This document shows, in pieces, positions 13,600 to 21,880 of a stretch of DNA of 32,000 nt. This DNA comes from a virus, in IMG/VR virus record IMGVR_UViG_3300018080_000110, positions 1-32,000 of that record; one strand, 5' to 3'. The position numbers were made by a program, and so were the translations under genes. The notes under the pieces were generated by a model. It saw only the letters and a program-made list of their open reading frames with translations, was not told the origin of the DNA and ran no database searches. Position 1 is the first letter of the stretch. Every line of letters begins with the position of its first letter.

Positions 13600-14900
13600 C
13601 ACGTTCTCCATTTTCTGCTCAGCAACAACTTGGGGTCCACTCCATCTTCTCCCCATGATGCTGCGTTGGCCTCGAGTGCTGTGATAAAGTCGTTGTGAAC
13701 GCACGGCAACACAAACGTGCGCCCAGTGCCACAAAGCACCTTCAAAAATTGCTGTGCAGGAGCATCCGGCAGGTCCACCAGGAGCAACTCTCCTATCATG
13801 GGATCTTTGTCCTTATCCACAGTTGTGGGTTTCAGCTGGTCCAGTACTTTTTCCCAGCCAATAATCTCAGCAGCGCAACGCCTATGCTCGACATTGGGAT
13901 GTGTCAATGCCGTAGAAGGATCCAATTTGTCGGGTTGCTGCACCCATTCACTGGGTATCCGGGTACCATGCCACATGGCGACCCCCCAACCATCTGGGTA
14001 CTCAATCGCCAAATCGTTCTCGCAGTGCAATCGCCCCTGATGATCTAACTCCAAGCGTGTAGGCAAATCTGTGCACACCACTACATCCAGGAAAGGCCAC
14101 CACCAACCACAAGATCCCGCCAAACGCATCAGCGGAACTAGCTTATCACAGCATGACAATCCAACCTGCTTGAAAAAGTCGTAATATGCCAACCAGTGTG
14201 CGTCATGGGACCCATATCCACAATTACCTAGCACGCTCACCACATCCTCTCTATTGATTGAGCGCCTGACCTGATCCCAGACCTGATCCCAAACCTGATC
14301 CATAACCTGATCCATAACCTGATCCACGACCTGATCCCAGACCTGATCCACGACCTGAGCCCGGACCTGATCCCCGACCTGAGCCCGGACCTGATCCCGG
14401 ACCTGAGCCAGAACCTGATCCCAGACCTGATCTTTGACCTGCTCCCCGACCTGATCCCAGACCTGACCCCCCACCTGATCTCCGACCTGAGCCCGGACCT
14501 GATCCCAGACCTGATCCACGACCTGCTCCCCGACCTGATCCCCGACCTGATCCCAGACCTGACCCCGGACCTGATCCCCGACCTGACCCACGACCTGACC
14601 CACGACCTGACCCACGACCTGATCCCCGACCTGAGCCCCGACCTGATCCCCGACTTGACCCACGACCTGAGGAACGACTCGGGATACTATCAAGGAGCCT
14701 ATCACCCCGCCCAGCGGAGAATGCAGCCATACCACCAACCGCGGAGGTTCTAATCCAACTTCTGCATAACATTCTCTTATAGCAGCCTCCGCTTCTTCAC
14801 GGTTTGTCGGCCTACCTTCTAGGCCGACTCGCAACCATTTTTCCCGCACCTTTCCGAACAAGGATTCTTGCTCCTTGGACAACCTGTTCAATTTAGCCAA
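13599..14900 (-). CDS. tetrapeptide-repeat protein; C-terminal domain resembles DUF6745-type proteins
   Basis: TTG start after GAGAGGTG. The central part is ~34 x (x-x-Q-V) repeats. The C-terminal WWWPF...CTDLPTRLELDHQGRLHCENDLAIEYPDGWGVAMWHGTRIP recalls the DUF6745 family (from memory, unverified). Confidence 0.6.
   Translation of the reverse strand: MAKLNRLSKEQESLFGKVREKWLRVGLEGRPTNREEAEAAIRECYAEVGLEPPRLVVWLHSPLGGVIGSLIVSRVVPQVVGQVGDQVGAQVGDQVVGQVVGQVVGQVGDQVRGQVWDQVGDQVGEQVVDQVWDQVRAQVGDQVGGQVWDQVGEQVKDQVWDQVLAQVRDQVRAQVGDQVRAQVVDQVWDQVVDQVMDQVMDQVWDQVWDQVRRSINREDVVSVLGNCGYGSHDAHWLAYYDFFKQVGLSCCDKLVPLMRLAGSCGWWWPFLDVVVCTDLPTRLELDHQGRLHCENDLAIEYPDGWGVAMWHGTRIPSEWVQQPDKLDPSTALTHPNVEHRRCAAEIIGWEKVLDQLKPTTVDKDKDPMIGELLLVDLPDAPAQQFLKVLCGTGRTFVLPCVHNDFITALEANAASWGEDGVDPKLLLSRKWRT
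14268..14675 (-). repeat. ~34 tandem 12-bp in-frame repeats (GACCTGATCCCn on plus strand)
   Basis: Direct reading shows period 12 with the variable positions concentrated at the last 3-4 nt of each unit. Confidence 0.9.
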
Positions 14901-15409
14901 CCGACACCTCTCAGTTGCGTTCTACAACGATCAAACAAAATCTCGGAAGAGTCTACGTAGTACTCAAACGCTGGCCCACCCCCAGCTACGGGAACTTCAG
15001 CGTCCCACGCCTCTCTTCCAACTGAGTCCAATTCGCTAAGGAGTTCCCCCAAATTACCAAACTCCTTCTTCTTCGCTCCCTCAACCTCTCGATACCCAGT
15101 TTCCAGGACCACTTTTTTTGCACCGAAGTCCCATGACAACTTGTCTACGGCAGAGCTGATGGCCCAGAGTGCAGATTCCTCCCATACGTCGGGATTCATC
15201 TCTCTTAACCACAAGGAAAGCTCCTCCGGCTTCCTCCTCGATAAGCGATTCACCAGTACCAAAGAGCAATCGTACAGATCCTCTGCTTCCTTACGCAATC
15301 TCTGGAGCAGTTCCGGATTCTGCTCCAAAACATCACGCTTGACCAAAACTGCAGATTGCACCTCTCCTTCTTCTGAAATCAATAGTAGCACCGCGTCTCT
15401 TGCTCTCAT
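14888..15409 (-). CDS. hypothetical protein (173 aa)
   Basis: ORF track. SD AAGGAGTGAG. Confidence 0.6.
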   Translation of the reverse strand: MRARDAVLLLISEEGEVQSAVLVKRDVLEQNPELLQRLRKEAEDLYDCSLVLVNRLSRRKPEELSLWLREMNPDVWEESALWAISSAVDKLSWDFGAKKVVLETGYREVEGAKKKEFGNLGELLSELDSVGREAWDAEVPVAGGGPAFEYYVDSSEILFDRCRTQLRGVGWLN

Positions 15410-15515
15410 TTTCTCTCACTCCTTAAAACCGCGCCCACTTGGCGTAACGCCTCCCGCATCCGTCCCAAGTCATTCTCTTTACCTTCTGCCCTTTCAAGGA
15501 ACTCTTCGTATCTTC

Positions 15516-16061
15516 TTACCCGGACCACTCACCATCCTCTTCTGGTATGACGAAAGTCACCACTCTCGCCTCGTCACAGTGTTTGCAGCTCACCTCCGCT
15601 TCGATACAAAACCCAGACCCACCTATGAATTCTTCTTCTAGGACCCGAAGGCTGTAGAAATCTACCTCGTGGTCACAGTAGAAACTCGGTTCTACTGGCT
15701 CCACAACCTTCACGTCGATCTGGTCCTCAACCACGCCCGAAACTACGAGCCCAAAAATACGAAGGTACTCGTTAAGCTCCTCCAGACTTCTGCGCTCTCT
15801 AACCCACGGCCCTCCACTATCAAATACAGGAACGCACTCTCGATCTAAACTGAACATGAGTTCGTCGCTGTCGCCGTAGTCAGAAACCCAGATCTTAGCC
15901 ATGACCCCGTCAGGAGGACCGATGGTCTTCACAGTAGATTTGAGCTCGCCATCGCTCTTCTGGAGCAAAACCATCTGCGTGTGCGGTTTGTAGTACAAAT
16001 GCATCCGGTTCTTGAAGAGATCGAACCGGACGCCTTCCCTGCCAGCTTCGCTTTTTGGCAT
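15516..16061 (-). CDS. hypothetical protein (181 aa)
   Basis: Second ATG (MPKSEAG), preceded by GAGGAG. The first ATG sits inside the predicted promoter/TSS. Confidence 0.55.
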   Translation of the reverse strand: MPKSEAGREGVRFDLFKNRMHLYYKPHTQMVLLQKSDGELKSTVKTIGPPDGVMAKIWVSDYGDSDELMFSLDRECVPVFDSGGPWVRERRSLEELNEYLRIFGLVVSGVVEDQIDVKVVEPVEPSFYCDHEVDFYSLRVLEEEFIGGSGFCIEAEVSCKHCDEARVVTFVIPEEDGEWSG

Positions 16062-16086
16062 GTAATTCTCCTCGGCTACCATAGAT

Positions 16087-16096
16087 CTTATACCGA
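16087..16096 (-). promoter_or_regulatory. CGGTATAAG promoter-like motif
   Basis: The minus strand reads TCGGTATAAGATCT, 26 nt upstream of the ATG at 16061. Confidence 0.45.
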
Positions 16097-16181
16097 GGAG
16101 AACCGTTATTTTGGAGGGGCGAAAAAGATCTTGTGAAGCTTGTCTACTGCGAAAAACGATCCAACCATTAGCGCGGCGACA

Positions 16182-16511
16182 CTACTTGTCAGTATCCCCG
16201 CCACCTCCAGTACCCTCTTCTTTGCTATTCTTAGCCTTCTCCAAGATTTGGGCGATCCCTCCCAATACATTCGCTAGATCTTCCTTCCTAGGGAGCTCCT
16301 TCACCTTACCTGAAGCGTCTGGGATGGTGGTGGATGGGCGCAATCGCCCACTGGCCAAATTCACACGAAGAGATTCGCGATAGACGCAAAGGAGATCTAG
16401 GCACTGCTTCACCGCTCTCTTGTCACACATCTGAGCAAGAGACGAGCAATGCCCGCACAAGATAACTCCCTGGTAGCTGTATTTGCCCTTGGTGGGATTG
16501 TTGCAGTTCAT
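16182..16511 (-). CDS. zinc-ribbon protein (109 aa)
   Basis: C-terminal part of the 16182..16991 ORF from MNCNNP...CGHCSS. The upstream 160 aa are R/S/G-rich and overlap gene 16538-16948. SD not obvious. Confidence 0.45.
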   Translation of the reverse strand: MNCNNPTKGKYSYQGVILCGHCSSLAQMCDKRAVKQCLDLLCVYRESLRVNLASGRLRPSTTIPDASGKVKELPRKEDLANVLGGIAQILEKAKNSKEEGTGGGGDTDK

Positions 16512-16537
16512 ACACAGGCCAAAGCCCGTGCGTAGTC

Positions 16538-16948
16538 CTACCGGCTCCCCGGAGGCTTTACGATCGACCCCAGAGCTCCGGGAGGACCCGGCATCGCAGC
16601 TAACTGAGCTTGGGCGATCCTGGATTCCATCTGCTCCCGAAACTCCTTCGCCTTCTGCACCGAGTCCCTCAAGTCCTCGATCTCCTTCTCCGCTTGTTCG
16701 TTGTCTATCTTGTACCATGCGGCCGGAAGGACGCTCATCCGATCTAGTGGCTTCCCGTTCTGGAGATCCGGGTACTCTAGAGCTGTGATCCTGGACGGCA
16801 TCCCTCCCTGAGAGATTGTGATCGTCACTAGAGAGTAGATGTTCGTTATCTCGATGATCTTTCTTTTTGTCACAGATTCCGCCAGATTTGCCTCCGTCTG
16901 GCACATGAAGCGCTCTCCGGACGTCGTCCTCATTATGATCCATGGCAT
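16538..16948 (-). CDS. hypothetical protein (136 aa)
   Basis: ORF track. Strong SD AAGGAGGTAAC. TGATG coupling. Confidence 0.6.
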   Translation of the reverse strand: MPWIIMRTTSGERFMCQTEANLAESVTKRKIIEITNIYSLVTITISQGGMPSRITALEYPDLQNGKPLDRMSVLPAAWYKIDNEQAEKEIEDLRDSVQKAKEFREQMESRIAQAQLAAMPGPPGALGSIVKPPGSR

Positions 16949-17268
16949 CAGTTACCTCCTTTACCGAAGACGTGACCCCGCGGCCACTCAACCATTAGTG
17001 GTTGCTTCGATGGCCTGAAACCCCCAATAGGGTTCCCGTGTAGAACACCGCGGCGGAACAATGTTCCAGAAGTGTCCCGGTTCGTAACCACGAAGACTAG
17101 AGCCTCTTCCTTAGGCAACCAGACTGTGTCGTGGACTTCTACGTACCCCGAGAGTAAAGAAACTGCTCGAATGGCATTGACGTGAAAACCTACCCGCCAG
17201 AGGTCTCCACCCATTAGTGTGCCATCCTCTTTCTCAACAAGCTGGCTCTGTAGCACCGTCTTCTCCAT
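16948..17268 (-). CDS. hypothetical protein (106 aa), apparently leaderless
   Basis: ORF track. No SD. The ATG lies 7 nt after the -10-like TACGAT. Confidence 0.55.
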   Translation of the reverse strand: MEKTVLQSQLVEKEDGTLMGGDLWRVGFHVNAIRAVSLLSGYVEVHDTVWLPKEEALVFVVTNRDTSGTLFRRGVLHGNPIGGFRPSKQPLMVEWPRGHVFGKGGN

Positions 17269-17303
17269 GGCTAAGATCGTAAAACAGTAACAGAAGAGAT
17301 CAA
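17269..17303 (-). promoter_or_regulatory. sigma70-like promoter
   Basis: The minus strand reads TTGATC-N16-TACGAT-N7-ATG. Confidence 0.45.
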
Positions 17304-17332
17304 GACGCCGCCTCGGGCGTCCGAGGCGGGTC
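17304..17332 (-). terminator. GC-rich hairpin terminator
   Basis: GACCCGCCTCGG-ACGC-CCGAGGCGG(C)GTC lies immediately after the TAA of gene 17333-17734 and is followed by TTGATCTCTTCTG. Confidence 0.5.
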
Positions 17333-17734
17333 TTAGATCCAAGGTGCTCCTTGCCACCATGGCTTGAATGAAAGCACCCTATCAGCTAGTCCGTCAGAGA
17401 TACCTGAGAACGTCAAAGCCTTGTCGTCTAGATACCAGTCTGCGTGGATCTTTCTCGGTCCGTCAGGCCCGTTCCATGGATGATCGTTGATGTAGTCGTA
17501 TGGTATCTCTTGAGCGTCCAAGTGAGCTCGCATCTCCGGAGAGTCAGTCCTACAAGACCAAATTACGATCTTTACCCCCGCTTCCCTGAGCTTATTCAGC
17601 TCTTCCACCATCCCCCGAACAGCTTCGCCAAACTCTCCTGGAGAGTACCCTCCATTGTAGTTCAGCGCGGTGCCATCTAGATCTAAGGCCAAGATCTTTG
17701 GCCTTTGTGGGTCTTCATAGCTCAATTTCTCCAT
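17333..17734 (-). CDS. HAD-superfamily phosphatase
   Basis: Motif I LDLDGT, motif II IVIWSCR, motif IV YLDDKA. ATG at 17734 lies 7 nt after AGGAGAG. Confidence 0.6.
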   Translation of the reverse strand: MEKLSYEDPQRPKILALDLDGTALNYNGGYSPGEFGEAVRGMVEELNKLREAGVKIVIWSCRTDSPEMRAHLDAQEIPYDYINDHPWNGPDGPRKIHADWYLDDKALTFSGISDGLADRVLSFKPWWQGAPWI

Positions 17735-17769
17735 CACGTCTCTCCTAGATCGCTACTCTACATCGACCT

Positions 17770-18009
17770 TCAAGAACCTTCCAGAACTTCTCCCTTCACA
17801 ATCTCCCGCCTAAACTGTGCCTCCAGTGCGTCATCTGGGATCCGGACTCTCATCACGCGCACATCGTCATAGTGCGCCAAAATCTCGTCCAGTTTCTCCT
17901 TCCATCTAGCAGGGTTCTCATCGACACTGTGCTCATCCCACGATTCTTCGATCCACCACTCGTAGCCCGCAGGAGAGACCTGCTGTATCACGACACAGAA
18001 TAAGATCAT
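17770..18009 (-). CDS. hypothetical protein (79 aa)
   Basis: ORF track. ATGA overlap. Confidence 0.55.
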   Translation of the reverse strand: MILFCVVIQQVSPAGYEWWIEESWDEHSVDENPARWKEKLDEILAHYDDVRVMRVRIPDDALEAQFRREIVKGEVLEGS

Positions 18010-18716
18010 TCCGCGTCCCCCGACTCTTTCGACCCCTCCAATCTACGCTTTCTCCTGTCCTTGCTGTCCCAATCAGAAGCTTCCGCCTCAATGGTCTCTA
18101 TGACCCGCAGAAGCTTCTTCTCTTCCACTCTCACCTTCCTACAAGCATCGTCGTATGCTTGTTTGATCTCCGCCTCCTCCTTCGAAATTTCGATGACTCC
18201 GTCCGGAGGGTCCGCACTACGAGCTCTAGAAATCATCTTCTCATAGCGAGCGTTGATCTCCTTCTTCGCCTTCTCGATCTCCTTCTTCCGCTCCTCGTTA
18301 AGATCCCTGATGACCTGCTCTCGAGCGCGATTGAAGATAACGGCGATGCTCTCCCTTTTCGCAGTCAGCGGACCCAGGAGACCCACCGTACGCAGCTCGA
18401 TCTTCCTCCTCCTACGCGAAAAGACTTTCTTAAGCTCCTCTCGAGCAAGGTGCATGTAGGCTCCGATAACGTACGGCACTCCTCGCAGGAAACTACCCTT
18501 ATTAGGATGGTTCTCCCCGATGAGAGATACTACCCTCTCCGACCAAAACTTCATCTCCGCCAACACGACAGAAGCAACAGCAGCCTCGATGTCCTTATCC
18601 GTCGGCTTCTTCTTCCCTTTTCCCTTCTTTTCGTCTTTCTCCCCCGTATCCGTACTCAACGGGATGGCAGCCAACTCCTCCATCTCCTCTGTGCTGTTAA
18701 TAGTTGTGTGCTCCAT
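18006..18716 (-). CDS. hypothetical K/E-rich protein (236 aa)
   Basis: ORF track. SD AGGAGG. Confidence 0.6.
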   Translation of the reverse strand: MEHTTINSTEEMEELAAIPLSTDTGEKDEKKGKGKKKPTDKDIEAAVASVVLAEMKFWSERVVSLIGENHPNKGSFLRGVPYVIGAYMHLAREELKKVFSRRRRKIELRTVGLLGPLTAKRESIAVIFNRAREQVIRDLNEERKKEIEKAKKEINARYEKMISRARSADPPDGVIEISKEEAEIKQAYDDACRKVRVEEKKLLRVIETIEAEASDWDSKDRRKRRLEGSKESGDAE

Positions 18717-19142
18717 CTACGGCCTCCTGTCTATCGTGATGACCACACCCTTACGGAGACAGATCTGCGCCTCTCGCAGAACGCTATCCCAAGGTGGTTG
18801 GTTCAAAAGCGCCGTGACCAACGCAAAGTGAACATCGGGGCTCTCATCAAGGTCTCTCAAAGTCACCCACACCTCTCTATTTTCCACTTTGTGTCTCAAC
18901 CCAATAATGCGTTGATGGTGGAAGTACTCCTGCGTCTCGAAGATCTCCTTGAAGGCCTCCAGGTTGTCGTCCTTGACCTTGATAGACTTCGGCAGCGAGC
19001 GCAGGATCTTGTGAGCGGAGAACGGGTCGCCCACGTTCTCCCCGAGGCGCACGAGCTCCTTCGCCGCCTTGGCCCGGTCCGCGCCAGGCTTGAGGTCCAC
19101 CAAGGCAACGTTCCAAACCCTATCCTCGGTGTGAAAGATCAT
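18717..19142 (-). CDS. hypothetical protein (141 aa)
   Basis: Internal start MIFHTEDRVW after GAGGGAAGTG. TGATG overlap. The upstream part of the long ORF is R/Q-rich shadow. Confidence 0.55.
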   Translation of the reverse strand: MIFHTEDRVWNVALVDLKPGADRAKAAKELVRLGENVGDPFSAHKILRSLPKSIKVKDDNLEAFKEIFETQEYFHHQRIIGLRHKVENREVWVTLRDLDESPDVHFALVTALLNQPPWDSVLREAQICLRKGVVITIDRRP

Positions 19143-19615
19143 CACTTCCCTCGAACGATGAAGTCCCTCTTGTTCAGCTCGCAGCCCACGGGCCGGTGGT
19201 CGTAGTTGGCTCTCACGTTCAGCTTCATCCAGCAGACCTCGTCGCCCTCTTCCTCGACAACCAGCGGGCAGTCGCCGCAGTTCCTCGGGACGTGGACGTG
19301 GGGCCTGGGCTTGCTGGTGTCTCCGCTCTTGCTGGGCATGTTGGCCGTGACGTCGTAGAGGAGGACGTTCTTGCCGGTCACTCTGCACTTGTCCTCACCG
19401 CACTCCGCTACGACTCCGAGGCCGATCATCTCCTTCAGCCTGGTCGAGCAGTTGTTGGGGATCATGTGGATCGCCAAGGCGATCTCGTTGCGCGTTGCCG
19501 GGCCGTTCTCGTACAGCCAGGCGTAGATCTCCCGACGCATGGTCGGGAGCACCTTCTTCTGGACCAGCTCCTTGTAGACCTCAGAGCTCGTCGTCCGTGT
19601 TCTTCTCCTGGACAT
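19142..19615 (-). CDS. winged-helix DNA-binding protein with Cys-rich C-terminal domain
   Basis: REIYAWLYENGPATRNEIALAIHMIPNNCSTRLKEMIGLGVV is a typical wHTH layout. SD GGAGGTG. Confidence 0.5.
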   Translation of the reverse strand: MSRRRTRTTSSEVYKELVQKKVLPTMRREIYAWLYENGPATRNEIALAIHMIPNNCSTRLKEMIGLGVVAECGEDKCRVTGKNVLLYDVTANMPSKSGDTSKPRPHVHVPRNCGDCPLVVEEEGDEVCWMKLNVRANYDHRPVGCELNKRDFIVRGK

Positions 19616-19841
19616 CTAACACCTCCGCTTCGGCCGGTAGTTTGTTCTCCTCCTCCCGGATCTTGTCGTACTGCCTGGCCTTGGCCGCGAAGGCCAGGCA
19701 GAAGTTCCGGTGGTGTTCTTCGTGGAGACGGTCGCCTGCGTATCGCACCTCGCTCAGGACCTCAGCAACCTCCTGGGCGTTCCGGGCCTCTCGAAGACGC
19801 TGCACGATGAACGGGCTGGGCGGTGTCTTCTTTCGCTTCAC
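19581..19841 (-). CDS. hypothetical protein (86 aa)
   Basis: GTG start in a GTGA overlap. ORF track. Confidence 0.5.
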   Translation of the reverse strand: MKRKKTPPSPFIVQRLREARNAQEVAEVLSEVRYAGDRLHEEHHRNFCLAFAAKARQYDKIREEENKLPAEAEVLDVQEKNTDDEL

Positions 19842-20326
19842 TGCCTGCTCCAGAGCTCACTCATGCGTGCTTGAGGCGACGACTCGTGGATCTTCCAGCT
19901 CTCGTCGACCTGCAGCAGGTAGAGCTTGTCCAGGATGCGCATGGGGATGACCAGCGTCACGCCGCTGACGTTGCGAGCGATGATCTGCTCCGACTTCACG
20001 TCGAGCTGCTGCAGCAGCTCGTTGAAGTGCTCCTGCAACAGGTCTGGAAAGCTGTAGTAGGCGCCCATTGTCGTCGCGAAGGCCACATGCACCAGCTGGC
20101 TATCCCGAGCCAGCTGCCGAGGACTAGGCCCTTCTGCGAGAGCGACCTTGGCCGTTTTGATCTCGTCCATTCTCCCTCCTTCGCTTGCTGTCCCTGCCAA
20201 ACAGAGCATCTGGGAAGTCATGTCGGGGAACGTGTACACAGCCCCCAATGTCGTTATCAAAGCCACATGAACAAGTTCTCTTCCTGTAGCGCCCCTACTC
20301 CCCGCCTTGATCTCTATATTTGCCAT
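19838..20326 (-). CDS. hypothetical protein with internal duplication (162 aa)
   Basis: SD ACGGAGGA. The repeats are ELVHVALITTLGAVYTFPD (aa 17-35) and QLVHVAFATTMGAYYSFPD (aa 77-95). Confidence 0.6.
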   Translation of the reverse strand: MANIEIKAGSRGATGRELVHVALITTLGAVYTFPDMTSQMLCLAGTASEGGRMDEIKTAKVALAEGPSPRQLARDSQLVHVAFATTMGAYYSFPDLLQEHFNELLQQLDVKSEQIIARNVSGVTLVIPMRILDKLYLLQVDESWKIHESSPQARMSELWSRQ

Positions 20327-20531
20327 TCCGAGTCCTCCGTTTCTTATTGTCCTGGCAAAACAGTGTGATCGTAATGCAATGGAACTCTTGATCGGAGCTC
20401 TGCGTTACGACCTTGTCCACGATCCTCCCATCGTAGCCCTTCAAAAAGCGAGTGACCTTCTCCCCCAAAGCAATCCTGTCTCTAGCAACTGTCGCGCTGA
20501 AAACTTCTACTCGATCGAAGTTGCTAACCAT
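20295..20531 (-). CDS. hypothetical protein (78 aa)
   Basis: ATG (MVSNFDRVE) lies 6 nt after GGAGG. The track start is an upstream TTG. Confidence 0.5.
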   Translation of the reverse strand: MVSNFDRVEVFSATVARDRIALGEKVTRFLKGYDGRIVDKVVTQSSDQEFHCITITLFCQDNKKRRTRNGKYRDQGGE

Positions 20532-20793
20532 CGCGCCCTCCAAGAACTGCCCCAGTAGCGTCGTAAATGGCCTCGAACAGAGACCAACCGTAATCAGTAA
20601 GCGCGTAGGATTCCCTACCGACGGTTGCTACGACTTCTGTTGCCCACAAGCCCTCCAACGCGTCCATCACGTTCACGTAGGGCATGTTCAGCATTTTCTC
20701 AATGCTCTTCGCTGAAGAAGACCCATCCTTCTCACAACCCATACAGACGATCACCTTCAATCTGTCGGGTGTCACTTTCGCGATCTCTCCCAT
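20524..20793 (-). CDS. small winged-helix-like protein (89 aa)
   Basis: Internal start MGEIAKVTP after AAAGGAGTAAAGAGG. The upstream part of the 20524..20922 ORF is R-rich shadow. Confidence 0.5.
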   Translation of the reverse strand: MGEIAKVTPDRLKVIVCMGCEKDGSSSAKSIEKMLNMPYVNVMDALEGLWATEVVATVGRESYALTDYGWSLFEAIYDATGAVLGGRDG

Positions 20794-20813
20794 CCTCTTT
20801 ACTCCTTTCACTC

Positions 20814-21026
20814 CTACACCAAACCCTTTTCTTCCGCCAAGTCGTACGGGATGACGAGTTCTCCCTCGTCTCCTTTTAAGTAGACTTCGCTCTTGTCGTC
20901 GATCATTGACTGAGGAATCCAAATCTCCTCACCGTCACAGTCGACCAACAGTCCTCCGTTCCTGGTCTGCTTCAGAGCGACTGCGTTGATCCTGTACAAC
21001 TTATGCTCCGGTAGATCCACTGACAT
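20814..21026 (-). CDS. hypothetical protein (70 aa)
   Basis: ORF track. AAGGAGG abuts the ATG. It shares a K-x-TRNGGL motif with gene 21615-21860. Confidence 0.5.
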   Translation of the reverse strand: MSVDLPEHKLYRINAVALKQTRNGGLLVDCDGEEIWIPQSMIDDKSEVYLKGDEGELVIPYDLAEEKGLV

Positions 21027-21615
21027 CCTCCTTCTGAAGGCGTTTTAGCTCCTCGTCAAACCAACCCCCGACATGCGATTTCATGACCCACATGAACCCG
21101 TAATTAGGTCCAGTGAACTGCCTAACCCACCATCTGCGGTACTCTGAATGCTCCGCCCACGCTCTGCAAGATTCGAACTTGGCCCTCAAAGACTCCAAGT
21201 AGCCGGGCTTCTCGATAGAGATCGCCCTCCCATAGCAGAAGAGGATAGGAGGTATCAACCAGATGAGAACCATGATCAGAGTCCCTTTATCACGGAACTG
21301 TCTGAGGTGCTCCCTTTCGTGCCTTAGGCACTCCCAAACTCTGTCAAGCTCCTTCACCTTTTCGATCCGTTCGTTATGAGCGTCACTCCAATCTATTCTG
21401 TTCCTCGACGTGGTGGTGAACTTTCTGAGGTACTTGCGATTCAAACCCAAGGTGAAAATGATGACCAAGACATGAGCTATCCTGTGCCTCCACATCTTCC
21501 TCTTGTGACTCATCCTAAGCTGCGGGAACTCTTGCTTGAGCTCGCCGCAGATCTCAGCAAGCCTGCTTCCTTCAGGAGCCTTAACCTCGTATTCGCCGAA
21601 AACGAAAACTTCCAT
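21001..21615 (-). CDS. predicted membrane protein with HExxH motif (204 aa)
   Basis: Two hydrophobic segments (IAHVLVIIFTLGL and LIMVLIWLIPPILFCYG) flank CLRHEREHLRQF. Confidence 0.5.
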   Translation of the reverse strand: MEVFVFGEYEVKAPEGSRLAEICGELKQEFPQLRMSHKRKMWRHRIAHVLVIIFTLGLNRKYLRKFTTTSRNRIDWSDAHNERIEKVKELDRVWECLRHEREHLRQFRDKGTLIMVLIWLIPPILFCYGRAISIEKPGYLESLRAKFESCRAWAEHSEYRRWWVRQFTGPNYGFMWVMKSHVGGWFDEELKRLQKEDVSGSTGA

Positions 21616-21860
21616 TACTCGCTATCCTCGCCTTGTATTTTCACAGCACTGATATCCCAATCCGCACTATTGTCAATCCTCGGGAGGCCTAACAGTAGAC
21701 CGCAGATCTTGTTTTCTACCTCCGAAAACTGGGGGTGTTCTTTTCCTAACCTAGACCTCACGTACACTCGCATCTCGATGTCTACCTCAGTCACATTTCC
21801 CCCAAATCTCTCCCTAGCAAGTCCACCATTCCTGGTCTTGAGTTTGTAACCATCTGACAT
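21615..21860 (-). CDS. hypothetical protein (81 aa)
   Basis: ORF track. SD AGGGAGA. Confidence 0.55.
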   Translation of the reverse strand: MSDGYKLKTRNGGLARERFGGNVTEVDIEMRVYVRSRLGKEHPQFSEVENKICGLLLGLPRIDNSADWDISAVKIQGEDSE

Positions 21861-21880
21861 TCGAAATCTCCCTAAATGGG

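Noticed and set aside
14251-14772. A 173-aa GSGRGSG-repeat ORF. I also considered whether the 12-bp repeat array is a CRISPR or minisatellite locus.
   Set aside because: The ORF is just another reading frame of the 12-bp tandem repeat inside gene 13599-14900. The array has no spacers, since the units are contiguous with period 12, so it is not a CRISPR. The QV-repeat frame is continuous with clearly protein-like flanking domains.
16512-16991. The N-terminal 160 aa of the 269-aa ORF 16182-16991.
   Set aside because: This part is R/S/G/D-rich and overlaps in another frame the SD-preceded, protein-like gene 16538-16948. Only the C-terminal zinc-ribbon part (from MNCNNP) was kept. The same logic trimmed 28700-29401, 18717-19388, 20524-20922, 1129-1764 and 547-984.
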